Notes: generated from the letters alone by a model not told the origin. Counted from the stretch's first letter, positions 14,584 to 30,864 are shown. The stretch is DNA of 64,000 bases from Escherichia coli (GCF_029227855.1 NZ_CP074356.1); one strand, 5' to 3'. Program-made: numbers and translations.

Positions 14584-15231
14584 GTGAAGCTATACATTTA
14601 CGATCACTGCCCTTACTGCCTCAAAGCCCGCATGATTTTCGGCCTGAAAAATATCCCCGTCGAATTACATGTTCTGCTCAACGACGACGCAGAAACACCC
14701 ACCCGGATGGTCGGTCAAAAACAGGTTCCCATTCTGCAAAAAGATGACAGCCGCTATATGCCAGAAAGCATGGACATCGTTCACTATGTCGATAAACTCG
14801 ACGGCAAACCGTTACTGACCGGCAAACGTTCCCCTGCCATTGAAGAGTGGCTGCGCAAGGTCAATGGCTACGCCAACAAACTGCTGTTGCCGCGTTTTGC
14901 CAAATCGGCATTTGATGAGTTTTCTACTCCCGCCGCGCGCAAATATTTCGTCGACAAGAAAGAGGCCAGCGCGGGTAATTTTGCCGACCTGCTGGCCCAC
15001 TCTGACGGTCTGATTAAGAATATCAGCGATGATTTACGTGCGCTGGACAAACTGATCGTCAAACCGAACGCCGTGAATGGCGAACTTTCGGAAGATGATA
15101 TTCAGCTATTTCCGCTACTGCGTAATCTGACGCTGGTAGCCGGAATCAACTGGCCAAGCCGCGTTGCTGATTACCGCGATAATATGGCGAAACAGACACA
15201 AATCAATTTGTTATCATCAATGGCGATTTAA
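14584..15231 (+). CDS. grxB: Glutaredoxin 2 (GrxB)
   Basis: 215 aa ORF, MKLYIYDHCPYCLKARMIFGLKNIPVE with CPYC active site; apparent GTG start. Confidence 0.93.
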   Translation: MKLYIYDHCPYCLKARMIFGLKNIPVELHVLLNDDAETPTRMVGQKQVPILQKDDSRYMPESMDIVHYVDKLDGKPLLTGKRSPAIEEWLRKVNGYANKLLLPRFAKSAFDEFSTPAARKYFVDKKEASAGNFADLLAHSDGLIKNISDDLRALDKLIVKPNAVNGELSEDDIQLFPLLRNLTLVAGINWPSRVADYRDNMAKQTQINLLSSMAI

Positions 15232-15364
15232 TCCTGACCCGCCGCGGCAGCCTGTATTCGCGGGTTGCCGCCGTTTTCAGTTTTTTCTGCTGGCGCGTTT
15301 ATCGCTGGTGACACATGCTGCGTTGTGTCAGGATATTGACGCAGATTTCATGTCGAGGACTACC

Positions 15365-15925
15365 ATGAACAAGTTTTTATTTGCTGCTGCATTGATCGTC
15401 AGTGGCCTGCTCGTTGGCTGTAATCAACTCACCCAATACACCATCACCGAACAAGAAATTAACCAGTCGCTTGCGAAACATAATAATTTCTCAAAAGATA
15501 TCGGTTTACCCGGCGTGGCTGATGCCCATATTGTTCTGACAAACCTGACCAGCCAAATTGGTCGCGAAGAGCCGAATAAGGTTACCCTAACCGGAGACGC
15601 CAATCTGGACATGAACTCCCTGTTCGGTAGCCAGAAAGCGACCATGAAACTGAAGCTGAAAGCGCTGCCCGTGTTTGATAAAGAAAAAGGCGCGATCTTC
15701 CTGAAAGAGATGGAAGTGGTCGATGCGACGGTACAACCGGAAAAAATGCAAACGGTGATGCAAACGTTGCTTCCCTATCTGAACCAGGCATTACGCAATT
15801 ACTTTAACCAGCAACCTGCTTACGTCCTGCGCGAAGATGGCAGCCAGGGCGAAGCAATGGCGAAGAAACTGGCGAAAGGCATTGAAGTGAAGCCAGGCGA
15901 AATTGTCATTCCGTTTACTGATTAA
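15365..15925 (+). CDS. yceB: DUF1439 family lipoprotein YceB
   Basis: In-frame ATG inside ORF 15164..15925 gives MNKFLFAAALIVSGLLVGC (lipobox), 186 aa. Confidence 0.88.
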   Translation: MNKFLFAAALIVSGLLVGCNQLTQYTITEQEINQSLAKHNNFSKDIGLPGVADAHIVLTNLTSQIGREEPNKVTLTGDANLDMNSLFGSQKATMKLKLKALPVFDKEKGAIFLKEMEVVDATVQPEKMQTVMQTLLPYLNQALRNYFNQQPAYVLREDGSQGEAMAKKLAKGIEVKPGEIVIPFTD

Positions 15926-15929
15926 TCAC

Positions 15930-15956
15930 GAGGGCGCATTCGCGCCCTTTATTTTT
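15930..15956 (+). terminator. Rho-independent terminator after yceB
   Basis: GAGGGCGC-ATTC-GCGCCCTT hairpin followed by a T-run. Confidence 0.7.
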
Positions 15957-15962
15957 CGTGCA

Positions 15963-15980
15963 AAGGAAAACGTTTCCGCT
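15963..15980. promoter_or_regulatory. Candidate PurR operator in the pyrC promoter
   Basis: Palindrome GGAAAACGTTTCC resembling the PurR box core AAACGTTT, about 55 nt upstream of pyrC. Confidence 0.55.
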
Positions 15981-16030
15981 TATCCTTTGTGTCCGGCAAA
16001 AACATCCCTTCAGCCGGAGCATAGAGATTA

Positions 16031-17077
16031 ATGACTGCACCATCCCAGGTATTAAAGATCCGCCGCCCAGACGACTGGCACCTTCACCTCCGCGATGGCG
16101 ACATGTTAAAAACTGTCGTGCCGTATACCAGCGAAATTTATGGACGGGCTATCGTAATGCCCAATCTGGCTCCGCCCGTGACCACCGTTGAGGCTGCCGT
16201 GGCGTATCGCCAGCGTATTCTTGACGCCGTACCTGCCGGGCACGATTTCAGCCCGCTGATGACCTGTTATTTGACAGATTCACTAGACCCTAATGAGCTT
16301 GAGCGTGGATTTAACGAAGGCGTGTTCACCGCTGCCAAACTTTACCCGGCAAACGCAACCACTAACTCCAGTCACGGCGTGACGTCAGTTGACGCAATCA
16401 TGCCGGTACTTGAGCGCATGGAAAAAATCGGTATGCCGTTACTGGTGCATGGTGAAGTGACACATGCAGATATCGACATTTTTGATCGTGAAGCGCGCTT
16501 TATTGAAAGCGTGATGGAACCGCTGCGCCAGCGCCTGACTGCGCTGAAAGTCGTTTTTGAGCACATCACCACCAAAGATGCTGCCGACTATGTCCGTAAC
16601 GGAAATGAACGGCTGGCTGCCACCATCACTCCGCAGCATCTGATGTTTAACCGCAACCATATGCTGGTTGGTGGCGTGCGTCCACATCTGTATTGTCTAC
16701 CCATCCTCAAACGCAATATTCACCAACAGGCATTGCGTGAACTGGTCGCCAGCGGTTTTAATCGCGTATTCCTCGGTACGGATTCTGCGCCGCATGCACG
16801 TCATCGCAAAGAGAGTAGCTGCGGCTGCGCGGGCTGCTTCAATGCCCCAACCGCGCTGGGCAGTTACGCTACCGTCTTTGAAGAGATGAATGCTCTGCAG
16901 CACTTTGAAGCATTCTGTTCTGTAAACGGCCCGCAGTTCTATGGCTTGCCTGTCAACGACACATTCATCGAACTGGTCCGCGAAGAACAACAGGTTGCTG
17001 CAAGCATCGCACTGACTGATGACACACTGGTGCCATTCCTCGCCGGGGAAACGGTACGCTGGTCCGTTAAACAATAA
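16031..17077 (+). CDS. pyrC: Dihydroorotase PyrC
   Basis: 348 aa [49 protein letters not shown] (metal-binding HxH). Confidence 0.96.
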   Translation: MTAPSQVLKIRRPDDWHLHLRDGDMLKTVVPYTSEIYGRAIVMPNLAPPVTTVEAAVAYRQRILDAVPAGHDFSPLMTCYLTDSLDPNELERGFNEGVFTAAKLYPANATTNSSHGVTSVDAIMPVLERMEKIGMPLLVHGEVTHADIDIFDREARFIESVMEPLRQRLTALKVVFEHITTKDAADYVRNGNERLAATITPQHLMFNRNHMLVGGVRPHLYCLPILKRNIHQQALRELVASGFNRVFLGTDSAPHARHRKESSCGCAGCFNAPTALGSYATVFEEMNALQHFEAFCSVNGPQFYGLPVNDTFIELVREEQQVAASIALTDDTLVPFLAGETVRWSVKQ

Positions 17078-17113
17078 AAATCGTAGCTTCCTGTTGTCAT
17101 TAGGTTATTTTAC

Positions 17114-17129
17114 CTGTATAAATAACCAG
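17114..17129. promoter_or_regulatory. LexA (SOS) box of dinI
   Basis: CTGTATAAATAACCAG fits CTGT-N8-ACAG, 22 nt upstream of the dinI ATG. Confidence 0.8.
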
Positions 17130-17150
17130 TATATTCAACAGGGGGCTATT

Positions 17151-17396
17151 ATGCGAATTGAAGTCACCATAGCGAAAACTTCTCCATTGCCAGCTGGGGC
17201 TATTGACGCCCTGGCTGGCGAACTTTCCCGCCGTATTCAGTATGCGTTTCCTGATAATGAAGGCCACGTATCGGTACGTTATGCCGCAGCGAATAATTTA
17301 TCGGTTATTGGCGCGACAAAAGAAGATAAACAGCGCATTAGCGAAATTCTCCAGGAAACGTGGGAAAGCGCCGATGACTGGTTTGTCAGCGAATAA
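17151..17396 (+). CDS. dinI: DNA damage-inducible protein DinI
   Basis: In-frame ATG inside ORF 17019..17396 gives MRIEVTIAKTSPLPAGAIDALAGELSRRIQYAFPD, 81 aa; LexA box upstream. Confidence 0.93.
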   Translation: MRIEVTIAKTSPLPAGAIDALAGELSRRIQYAFPDNEGHVSVRYAAANNLSVIGATKEDKQRISEILQETWESADDWFVSE

Positions 17397-17417
17397 TATG
17401 CAGTGATTTTTGTTTTT

Positions 17418-17440
17418 GCCGGGTCGCCCCGGCTTTTTTA
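17418..17440 (+). terminator. Rho-independent terminator after dinI
   Basis: GCCGGG-TCG-CCCGGC hairpin followed by TTTTTT. Confidence 0.7.
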
Positions 17441-17685
17441 TTTTACTTACAAATTTCGAGTACAAAATTTCTACACTTCCTCAAAATAATTGCACAATAT
17501 GCTAAAAAAATATGAATGACATGCTGTTTTATTGTTCATATAAATCTTAAAAGCAAAAATTTATCTGTTCCCCCCTTTAAAAATTCGGTGAATACCCTTA
17601 CTTATTGGTATACTGAAGTTGCTTCAGATAAAAACGCATTGAACCTCGAATAACGTTGTCTAGTAACACGAATTAGGGGGCCATG

Positions 17686-17940
17686 ATGGAAAAAAATAAT
17701 GAAGTCATTCAGACTCATCCGCTCGTAGGGTGGGACATCAGCACCGTTGATAGCTATGATGCGCTGATGTTGCGTTTGCACTACCAGACCCCAAATAAGT
17801 CCGAGCAGGAAGGGACTGAAGTTGGTCAGACGCTCTGGTTAACCACTGATGTTGCCAGACAATTTATTTCGATATTAGAAGCAGGAATCGCCAAAATTGA
17901 ATCCGGTGATTTCCCGGTAAACGAGTATCGGCGTCATTAA
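17686..17940 (+). CDS. bssS: Biofilm regulator BssS (YceP)
   Basis: MEKNNEVIQTHPLVGWDISTVDSYDALMLRLHYQ, 84 aa (second ATG of ORF 17683..17940). Confidence 0.9.
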   Translation: MEKNNEVIQTHPLVGWDISTVDSYDALMLRLHYQTPNKSEQEGTEVGQTLWLTTDVARQFISILEAGIAKIESGDFPVNEYRRH

Positions 17941-18054
17941 CATGACATGACCATCCACCCAAAAGGCACCTCACCGGTGCCTTTACCATTTCTGGGTTGT
18001 ATATCTGCATTCAGTTAATTACTCTGCTTAAACCATGAGAGCAGAGAGAAAAAA

Positions 18055-19173
18055 ATGAAATACGATCTCATCATTATTGGCAGCGGTTCCGTAGGCGCTG
18101 CCGCCGGGTATTATGCAACCCGTGCCGGTTTAAACGTGCTAATGACCGACGCCCATATGCCACCACATCAACACGGCAGCCACCACGGCGATACGCGATT
18201 AATTCGCCATGCTTATGGTGAAGGCGAAAAGTATGTCCCGCTGGTTCTCCGCGCGCAAACGCTGTGGGATGAACTCTCCCGCCACAACGAAGAAGATCCC
18301 ATTTTTGTACGCTCTGGCGTCATTAACCTTGGCCCGGCTGATTCCACATTTCTCGCCAACGTCGCCCACAGCGCCGAACAATGGCAACTCAACGTTGAAA
18401 AGCTCGATGCGCAAGGGATTATGGCCCGCTGGCCAGAAATACGCGTCCCGGACAACTACATCGGCTTATTTGAGACTGATTCCGGTTTTTTGCGCAGCGA
18501 ACTGGCGATTAAAACCTGGATCCAACTGGCGAAGGAAGCGGGCTGTGCGCAGCTGTTCAACTGCCCGGTCACCGCAATTCGTCATGACGATGATGGCGTA
18601 ACTATTGAAACGGCTGACGGTGATTATCAGGCGAAAAAAGCGATTGTCTGCGCGGGAACATGGGTAAAAGACCTGCTCCCGGAGCTGCCTGTCCAGCCCG
18701 TACGCAAAGTATTTGCCTGGTATCAGGCCGATGGTCGCTATAGCGTGAAGAATAAATTCCCGGCGTTTACCGGTGAACTGCCCAATGGCGATCAATATTA
18801 TGGTTTTCCGGCAGAAAACGACGCGTTGAAGATTGGCAAACATAACGGAGGCCAGGTTATCCATTCAGCGGATGAACGTGTTCCGTTTGCGGAAGTGGTC
18901 AGCGATGGTTCGGAAGCCTTCCCGTTCTTGCGCAATGTATTGCCGGGTACCGGTTGCTGCCTGTACGGCGCTGCCTGCACCTATGATAATTCGCCTGACG
19001 AAGATTTTATTATCGATACCCTACCCGACCACGATAATACACTGCTCATTACCGGCCTGAGTGGGCACGGTTTTAAATTTGCGTCAGTTTTAGGGGAAAT
19101 AGCTGCCGATTTTGCGCAAGACAAAAAAAGCGATTTTGATTTGACGCCATTCAGGCTTTCCCGCTTCCAATAA
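18055..19173 (+). CDS. solA: N-methyl-L-tryptophan oxidase SolA (FAD-dependent)
   Basis: 372 aa [37 protein letters not shown] (GxGxxG FAD motif). Confidence 0.95.
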
Positions 19174-19220
19174 TCATCATTACGGCCTCCAGAATGAGGC
19201 CGTTTTTACAGGAGTATTTA

Positions 19221-19334
19221 ATGCGTCGGCTGTTGCACTATCTCATCAATAATATTCGCGAGCATCTGATGCTTTATCTTTTTCTCTGGGGATTGTTGGC
19301 AATTATGGATCTGATCTATGTGTTTTATTTTTAG
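19221..19334 (+). CDS. yceO: Small hydrophobic protein YceO (not in the supplied ORF track)
   Basis: ATG preceded by AGGAG; reads [37 protein letters not shown] then stop; position between solA and yceJ. Confidence 0.5.
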
Positions 19335-19594
19335 TTTTCCGCACTGACATAAACTGACAAATATTTAATCTCCCTTTCATTTAGCGTGAAAAATTGAATG
19401 AGATTATTCCTGCTTCTACAGCACTCACCAGACATCTCTGATGCTGAACCCACTAAACTTATGAAGATTCTTTCATTATTAATTCAAAATTATTGAAATA
19501 AAAATAAATATCATTCAATTTGTTATTTTTGTGTTGCAATTCATTCTCCGACACGCCATTTTCTTTCTCTCGCAAATTCGTTTTGGATGCACTT

Positions 19595-20161
19595 ATGTCA
19601 TTCACAAATACCCCTGAACGCTATGGTGTTATATCTGCGGCCTTCCATTGGCTAAGCGCAATTATTGTCTACGGCATGTTTGCTTTAGGTCTGTGGATGG
19701 TCACGCTCAGTTATTACGATGGCTGGTATCACAAAGCACCCGAACTGCATAAAAGCATCGGTATTTTGTTAATGATGGGGCTGGTTATTCGCGTTCTGTG
19801 GCGCGTCATATCTCCACCGCCGGGTCCGCTGCAGAGTTATTCGCCCATGACTCGTCTTGGCGCAAAGGCTGGACATCTCGCATTGTACTTATTGCTGTTC
19901 GCCATCGGCATCAGCGGCTATCTGATCTCAACTGCCGATGGTAAACCGATCAGCGTTTTTGGCTGGTTTGACGTCCCCGCGACCCTCGCCGACGCTGGCG
20001 CACAGGCTGACTTCGCCGGTGCCCTGCATTTTTGGCTCGCGTGGAGCGTCGTAGTACTGTCCGTTATGCATGGATTTATGGCCCTGAAGCATCATTTCAT
20101 CGATAAAGACGACACTCTGAAGCGCATGCTGGGAAAGTCGTCATCTGACTATGGAGTATAA
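19595..20161 (+). CDS. yceJ: Cytochrome b561 family protein YceJ
   Basis: ORF 19520..20161; start placed at MSFTNTPERYGVISAAFHWLSAIIVYGMF (188 aa); membrane protein. Confidence 0.88.
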   Translation: MSFTNTPERYGVISAAFHWLSAIIVYGMFALGLWMVTLSYYDGWYHKAPELHKSIGILLMMGLVIRVLWRVISPPPGPLQSYSPMTRLGAKAGHLALYLLLFAIGISGYLISTADGKPISVFGWFDVPATLADAGAQADFAGALHFWLAWSVVVLSVMHGFMALKHHFIDKDDTLKRMLGKSSSDYGV

Positions 20162-20164
20162 AAA

Positions 20165-20740
20165 ATGAAAAAAAGCCTGCTTGGTTTAACCTTCGCTTCC
20201 CTGATGTTCTCTGCCGGTTCAGCGGTTGCCGCCGATTACAAAATTGACAAAGAAGGTCAGCACGCCTTTGTTAACTTCCGCATACAGCACCTTGGCTATA
20301 GCTGGTTATACGGCACCTTTAAAGATTTCGACGGTACTTTTACCTTTGATGAAAAAAATCCAGCTGCCGATAAAGTGAATGTGACAATTAACACCACCAG
20401 CGTCGATACTAACCACGCCGAACGCGATAAACATCTTCGCAGTGCGGATTTTCTCAATACCGCAAAATATCCACAGGCAACATTCACCTCCACCAGCGTG
20501 AAGAAAGACGGTGACGACCTGGATATTACCGGCGATCTGACGCTGAATGGCGTAACCAAGCCCGTCACACTGGAAGCGAAATTAATTGGTCAGGGCGACG
20601 ACCCATGGGGTGGTAAACGTGCAGGCTTCGAGGCCGAAGGCAAAATTAAGCTCAAGGACTTCAATATCAAGACAGATTTAGGTCCAGCTTCTCAGGAAGT
20701 GGATCTGATTATTTCAGTGGAAGGCGTACAGCAGAAGTAA
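20165..20740 (+). CDS. yceI: Periplasmic YceI-family protein
   Basis: 191 aa ORF with signal peptide [22 protein letters not shown]; co-oriented with yceJ. Confidence 0.92.
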   Translation: MKKSLLGLTFASLMFSAGSAVAADYKIDKEGQHAFVNFRIQHLGYSWLYGTFKDFDGTFTFDEKNPAADKVNVTINTTSVDTNHAERDKHLRSADFLNTAKYPQATFTSTSVKKDGDDLDITGDLTLNGVTKPVTLEAKLIGQGDDPWGGKRAGFEAEGKIKLKDFNIKTDLGPASQEVDLIISVEGVQQK

Positions 20741-20750
20741 GAGTGAAATG

Positions 20751-20775
20751 TTGCCGGATGGCACGCATCCGGCAA
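20751..20775. terminator. Bidirectional hairpin between convergent yceI and trhO
   Basis: TTGCCGGATG-GCAC-GCATCCGGCAA perfect inverted repeat. Confidence 0.7.
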
Positions 20776-20781
20776 TGATAT

Positions 20782-21834
20782 TTATTCCGTTGGATCAGGA
20801 ATGCCCAGTGTTGTATTCAGACGCCCACGAGACTTATTAAAGATCTTATTGCCATTTTCACGTCCTGCCCGACGGCGTCGCTGTTCTTCAGGCGGTAACG
20901 CGCTTTCTTCGCAGCAAATCTCACTACAACAACCTTTGTATTTTTCCGCACATACTGGACACTGAATAAAAAGCAGGTGGCAGCCATCATTTTTACAGTT
21001 GGTATGGCTGTCGCACGGCGCACCGCACTGGTGGCAATGCGCGATAATCTCATCAGATATACGTTCGCCCATCCGCTCGTCAAAAACAAAATTTTTGCCA
21101 ATAAAACGTACCGGTAAACCCTGCTCGCGCGCCTTGCGGGCGTATTCAATAATTCCGCCCTCGATATGCCAGACTTTATTGAATCCGTTATGTTTCATCC
21201 AGGCACTGGCCTTTTCACAACGAATGCCGCCGGTGCAGTACATAACGATTTTTTTATCTTTATGTGCCTGCATCATCTCGACTGCTTTTGGCAGCTGCTC
21301 ACGGAAGGTATCTGCCGGAATTTCCAGCGCGTTTTCAAAGTGCCCCACTTCATACTCATAGTGGTTACGCATGTCGATAAACAATGCATCGGGATCGTCA
21401 AGCATGGCGTTCACTTCCGCCGCTTGCAGATACTCACCCACATTGCTGGCATCAAAGTGAGGATCGTCAATACCGTCGGCAACGATACGATCGCGGACCT
21501 TCATGCGCAGTACCCAGAAGGATTTCCCGTCATCTTCCAACGCGATATTCAGGCGTAAGCCCTCTAAAGCCGGGTCGAAGGCATAAAGCTGCGCGCGAAA
21601 TGTTTCAACATTGCTCGCAGGTACGCTGATTTGCGCGTTAATGCCCTCATGCGCCAGATACACTCGCCCAAAAACATCCAGCGCGGTAAACAGCTGATAT
21701 AAAGCGTCACGGGTCGCCTTAGGATCGGCGATGTGGAAGTACTTATAAAACGAAATGGTGGTTCGCGGTTCGCTCTCAGCCAACATTTTGGCTTTTAACG
21801 CGTCGTTGGAAATGCGGTTGTGTAACACTGGCAT
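20782..21834 (-). CDS. trhO: tRNA uridine(34) hydroxylase TrhO (YceA), rhodanese domain
   Basis: ORF 20782..21888; start placed at [21 protein letters not shown] (350 aa); Cys-rich C-terminus. Confidence 0.9.
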   Translation of the reverse strand: MPVLHNRISNDALKAKMLAESEPRTTISFYKYFHIADPKATRDALYQLFTALDVFGRVYLAHEGINAQISVPASNVETFRAQLYAFDPALEGLRLNIALEDDGKSFWVLRMKVRDRIVADGIDDPHFDASNVGEYLQAAEVNAMLDDPDALFIDMRNHYEYEVGHFENALEIPADTFREQLPKAVEMMQAHKDKKIVMYCTGGIRCEKASAWMKHNGFNKVWHIEGGIIEYARKAREQGLPVRFIGKNFVFDERMGERISDEIIAHCHQCGAPCDSHTNCKNDGCHLLFIQCPVCAEKYKGCCSEICCEESALPPEEQRRRRAGRENGNKIFNKSRGRLNTTLGIPDPTE

Positions 21835-22058
21835 GGTGTACGGTTCCTGCGAGATGGGAAAGTAAAAATCCGCGGCATGATATAGCAATTATCGATAATT
21901 AACATCCACACATTTTACGCTACATTTGCGCATTAAAAATTATTTGTTATTTACAAGCGCGGCAATTTCGCCCAGTCTTCAGCCACAAATTTTGGTTGCG
22001 GGCGAAAAAATGCGACAATACATACAATTGCCCGAATAGGTTGAAAAACAGGATTGAT

Positions 22059-22979
22059 ATGACGAATCTACCCAAGTTCTCCACCGCACTGCTTCATCCG
22101 CGTTATTGGTTAACCTGGTTGGGTATTGGCGTACTTTGGTTAGTCGTGCAATTGCCCTACCCGGTTATCTACCGCCTCGGTTGTGGATTAGGAAAACTTG
22201 CGTTACGTTTTATGAAACGACGCGCAAAAATTGTGCATCGCAACCTGGAACTGTGCTTCCCGGAAATGAGCGAACAAGAACGCCGTAAAATGGTGGTGAA
22301 GAATTTCGAATCCGTTGGCATGGGACTGATGGAAACTGGCATGGCGTGGTTCTGGCCGGACCGCAGAATCGCCCGCTGGACGGAAGTGATCGGCATGGAA
22401 CACATTCGTGACGTGCAGGCGCAAAAACGCGGCATCCTGTTAGTTGGCATCCATTTTCTGACACTGGAGCTGGGTGCGCGGCAGTTTGGTATGCAGGAAC
22501 CGGGGATTGGCGTTTACCGCCCGAACGATAATCCACTGATTGACTGGCTACAAACCTGGGGCCGTTTGCGCTCAAATAAATCGATGCTCGACCGCAAAGA
22601 TTTAAAAGGCATGATTAAAGCCCTGAAAAAAGGCGAAGTGGTCTGGTACGCACCGGATCATGATTACGGCCCGCGCTCAAGCGTTTTCGTCCCGTTGTTT
22701 GCCGTTGAGCAGGCTGCGACCACGACCGGAACCTGGATGCTGGCACGGATGTCCGGCGCATGTCTGGTGCCCTTCGTTCCACGCCGTAAGCCAGATGGCA
22801 AAGGGTATCAGTTGATTATGCTGCCGCCAGAGTGTTCTCCGCCGCTGGATGATGCCGAAACTACCGCCGCGTGGATGAACAAAGTGGTCGAAAAATGCAT
22901 CATGATGGCACCAGAGCAGTATATGTGGTTACACCGTCGCTTTAAAACACGTCCGGAAGGCGTTCCTTCACGCTATTAA
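22059..22979 (+). CDS. lpxL: Lipid A lauroyl acyltransferase LpxL (HtrB)
   Basis: ORF 21996..22979; start placed at [30 protein letters not shown] (306 aa). Confidence 0.93.
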
Positions 22980-23150
22980 ATCTCCCAAGCCGGATGCTTC
23001 AGAAGGGTATCCGGCATTACCACAGCAAATCCCCCTGATTTAGCGATAAAAGCTCTCTGGATTGCGCCCCCTGGAAGTCGGGCGCATAATTAGTGTGCTT
23101 ATCTTTTCTTCTTATGTTCACCGCGCCTGGCGCACCAACAGCGGATTGCT

Positions 23151-24377
23151 ATGTCACCCTGTGAAAATGACACCCCTATAAACTGGAAACGAAACCTGAT
23201 CGTCGCCTGGCTAGGCTGTTTTCTTACCGGTGCCGCCTTCAGTCTGGTAATGCCCTTCTTACCCCTCTACGTTGAGCAGCTTGGCGTTACCGGTCACTCC
23301 GCCCTGAATATGTGGTCCGGTATTGTCTTCAGCATTACATTTTTATTTTCGGCCATCGCCTCACCGTTTTGGGGTGGACTAGCCGATCGTAAAGGCCGAA
23401 AACTCATGCTATTACGCTCTGCCCTCGGCATGGGCATCGTGATGGTGTTGATGGGGCTGGCACAAAATATCTGGCAGTTTTTGATCCTGCGGGCGCTTCT
23501 TGGGTTACTTGGCGGATTTGTCCCCAACGCTAATGCTCTTATCGCCACACAAGTACCGCGTAATAAAAGCGGCTGGGCGCTGGGGACGCTTTCCACAGGC
23601 GGCGTTAGCGGTGCGTTGCTCGGCCCAATGGCTGGCGGCCTGCTCGCTGATAGCTACGGCTTACGTCCGGTATTCTTTATTACCGCCAGTGTGCTCATAC
23701 TCTGCTTTTTCGTCACCCTGTTTTGCATCAGAGAAAAATTCCAGCCGGTCAGCAAAAAAGAGATGCTGCACATGCGGGAAGTGGTGACATCACTTAAAAA
23801 CCCGAAACTGGTACTCAGCCTGTTTGTCACTACGTTAATCATCCAGGTGGCGACGGGCTCAATTGCCCCCATTCTGACGCTGTATGTCCGCGAACTGGCG
23901 GGTAACGTCAGTAACGTCGCCTTTATCAGTGGCATGATCGCCTCGGTGCCAGGCGTGGCGGCTCTGCTGAGTGCACCACGACTCGGCAAACTTGGCGATC
24001 GAATCGGACCCGAAAAGATCCTGATTACGGCGCTGATCTTTTCTGTACTGCTATTGATCCCAATGTCTTACGTTCAGACGCCATTACAACTTGGGATTTT
24101 ACGTTTTTTGCTCGGTGCCGCCGATGGTGCACTACTCCCCGCCGTACAAACACTGTTGGTTTACAACTCGAGCAACCAAATCGCCGGGCGTATCTTCAGC
24201 TATAACCAGTCGTTTCGTGATATTGGAAACGTTACCGGACCATTGATGGGAGCCGCGATTTCAGCGAACTACGGTTTCAGAGCGGTATTTCTCGTCACCG
24301 CTGGCGTAGTGTTATTCAACGCAGTCTATTCATGGAACAGTCTACGTCGTCGTCGAATACCCCAGGTATCGAACTGA
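23151..24377 (+). CDS. mdtG: MFS multidrug efflux transporter MdtG
   Basis: 408 aa [39 protein letters not shown]. Confidence 0.93.
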
Positions 24378-24459
24378 TTTTTCGCCTTTCATACTTGCAA
24401 AAGCGGAGAATCAGCTATCCTTTTCCCTGAAACCTCATCAACTCAAAGGGAGAATCGTG

Positions 24460-24834
24460 ATGACCATGTACGCAACGCTTGAAGAAGCCATTGACGCTGC
24501 ACGCGAAGAATTTCTTGCAGACAACCCCGGCATCGACGCCGAAGATGCGAATGTGCAACAGTTCAATGCCCAAAAATACGTTTTGCAGGACGGCGACATC
24601 ATGTGGCAAGTTGAGTTTTTTGCCGACGAAGGGGAAGAAGGTGAATGTTTACCTATGCTTAGCGGTGAAGCCGCGCAAAGTGTTTTTGATGGCGACTATG
24701 ATGAGATAGAGATCCGCCAGGAGTGGCAGGAAGAGAATACATTACATGAATGGGACGAGGGGGAATTTCAGCTTGAGCCACCGCTGGATACCGAGGAAGG
24801 ACGCGCAGCAGCTGATGAGTGGGATGAACGTTAA
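24460..24834 (+). CDS. msyB: Acidic protein MsyB
   Basis: MTMYATLEEAIDAAREEFLADNPGID, 124 aa, highly acidic; ATG 3 nt inside ORF 24457..24834. Confidence 0.9.
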   Translation: MTMYATLEEAIDAAREEFLADNPGIDAEDANVQQFNAQKYVLQDGDIMWQVEFFADEGEEGECLPMLSGEAAQSVFDGDYDEIEIRQEWQEENTLHEWDEGEFQLEPPLDTEEGRAAADEWDER

Positions 24835-25062
24835 TCACTCATACGGGCCATGATGAATGTCGATCGGCAGCAGTAAAGTATCAAAAACCAGGGAGATTGG
24901 CAGATCAAGGATCGTGACATAACGCCAGGCGGAGTCACGCACATCCCATTGCACACCGGGATAATATTGGTTGCCATGCCCCTGCCCCGGTATAGTGCGA
25001 CTAATAATGCTGCCACAGCCACTCAGCAAGGTCACCATGATGCTCACCACAATTAAACGCAT
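24835..25062 (-). CDS. yceK: Lipoprotein YceK
   Basis: 75 aa ORF, MRLIVVSIMVTLLSGCGSI (lipobox LSGC). Confidence 0.85.
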   Translation of the reverse strand: MRLIVVSIMVTLLSGCGSIISRTIPGQGHGNQYYPGVQWDVRDSAWRYVTILDLPISLVFDTLLLPIDIHHGPYE

Positions 25063-25084
25063 TTGATACCTCTTCCGTAAAAAA

Positions 25085-25109
25085 ATACCGGCATAACGCC
25101 GGTATTTTT
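25085..25109. terminator. Hairpin terminator downstream of opgGH
   Basis: ATACCGGC-ATAAC-GCCGGTAT flanked by A-run and T-run. Confidence 0.65.
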
Positions 25110-25126
25110 ATTGGCTCGTTGTTTTT

Positions 25127-25224
25127 GCCAGATGTGGCGTGAACGCCTTATCCGACCTACAAAATCTTGCAAAATCAACACATTGCAGGAGCGATGTAGG
25201 CCTGATAAGCGTAGCGCATCAGGC
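25127..25224. repeat. REP (repetitive extragenic palindromic) elements
   Basis: REP-like units GCCAGATGTGGCGTGAACGCCTTATCCGACCTAC and GATGTAGGCCTGATAAGCGTAGCGCATCAGGC. Confidence 0.75.
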
Positions 25225-25234
25225 AACTACGTTT

Positions 25235-29417
<4,183 letters not shown>

Positions 29418-29699
29418 TCAGCACGCTGGCTCATGGATTAAGCACCTGATTGCAACCGTTTTCACTTTCCGTGCTTCTCCTAAAGACAGAAGCATCGACT
29501 TCGTGTAGGGTTTGCCAGCAAATTTATTTATCAACCGTCTTACAGACGCTTCCATTCTGGTTAGTGGTAGCGATGATGCTATGCATAAAAACCTTGAAGC
29601 CTGCGCCTGGCGCGGTCAGGTCGGTGTCGCTATGGCAACAAGCCTAAAGGCATAACCCGACAGGGATAAGACGAAAAATCCGAGATTAGTTAACCATAT

Positions 29700-30857
29700 A
29701 TGAATCCAGTACCCGCGCAACGTGAATATTTCCTCGACTCCATCCGCGCCTGGCTGATGTTGTTAGGGATCCCTTTTCATATTTCTTTAATCTATTCGAG
29801 CCATACATGGCATGTGAATAGCGCCGAACCGTCATTATGGCTGACCCTTTTTAATGACTTCATCCACTCGTTCCGCATGCAGGTATTTTTCGTTATATCC
29901 GGGTACTTTTCCTACATGCTTTTTTTACGCTATCCCTTGAAAAAATGGTGGAAAGTACGTGTCGAACGTGTAGGTATCCCGATGTTAACAGCCATCCCCC
30001 TACTGACATTACCGCAATTTATTATGCTGCAATACGTCAAAGGGAAAGCGGAAAGTTGGCCTGGCCTGTCATTGTATGACAAATATAATACGTTGGCCTG
30101 GGAATTAATATCACACCTGTGGTTTTTACTGGTGTTAGTAGTCATGACGACGCTGTGCGTATGGATATTTAAACGCATCAGAAATAATTTAGAAAATTCT
30201 GATAAAACGAATAAAAAATTCTCGATGGTAAAACTATCGGTGATTTTTTTGTGCCTCGGCATCGGCTATGCGGTAATAAGAAGAACGATTTTTATTGTGT
30301 ATCCGCCCATTCTGAGTAACGGCATGTTCAATTTTATTGTCATGCAAACGCTATTTTATTTGCCGTTTTTTATCCTCGGCGCACTGGCTTTCATTTTCCC
30401 TCATCTTAAAACCTTGTTTACCACGCCGTCTCGTGGCTGTACCCTTGCAGCAGCATTGACATTTGTCGCTTACTTACTCAACCAGCGCTATGGCAGTGGC
30501 GATGCCTGGATGTACGAAACCGAGTCGGTGATCACCATGGTCCTCGGTCTGTGGATGGTGAATGTGGTCTTCTCCTTCGGCCACCGTTTGCTTAACTTCC
30601 AGTCAGCGCGGGTGACTTACTTTGTTAATGCATCGCTGTTTATCTATCTGGTTCACCACCCGTTAACGCTGTTTTTCGGCGCGTACATTACACCGCACAT
30701 CACATCCAACTGGCTTGGTTTTCTCTGTGGCCTGATATTCGTAGTAGGGATTGCGATAATTCTGTATGAAATTCATTTACGCATCCCGTTACTGAAGTTT
30801 TTGTTCTCTGGTAAACCGGTTGTTAAGCGTGAGAACGATAAAGCACCAGCCCGTTAA
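29700..30857 (+). CDS. opgC: Periplasmic glucan succinyltransferase OpgC (MdoC)
   Basis: 385 aa [38 protein letters not shown]; divergent from opgGH. Confidence 0.92.
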   Translation: MNPVPAQREYFLDSIRAWLMLLGIPFHISLIYSSHTWHVNSAEPSLWLTLFNDFIHSFRMQVFFVISGYFSYMLFLRYPLKKWWKVRVERVGIPMLTAIPLLTLPQFIMLQYVKGKAESWPGLSLYDKYNTLAWELISHLWFLLVLVVMTTLCVWIFKRIRNNLENSDKTNKKFSMVKLSVIFLCLGIGYAVIRRTIFIVYPPILSNGMFNFIVMQTLFYLPFFILGALAFIFPHLKTLFTTPSRGCTLAAALTFVAYLLNQRYGSGDAWMYETESVITMVLGLWMVNVVFSFGHRLLNFQSARVTYFVNASLFIYLVHHPLTLFFGAYITPHITSNWLGFLCGLIFVVGIAIILYEIHLRIPLLKFLFSGKPVVKRENDKAPAR

Positions 30858-30864
30858 GCCGCGT

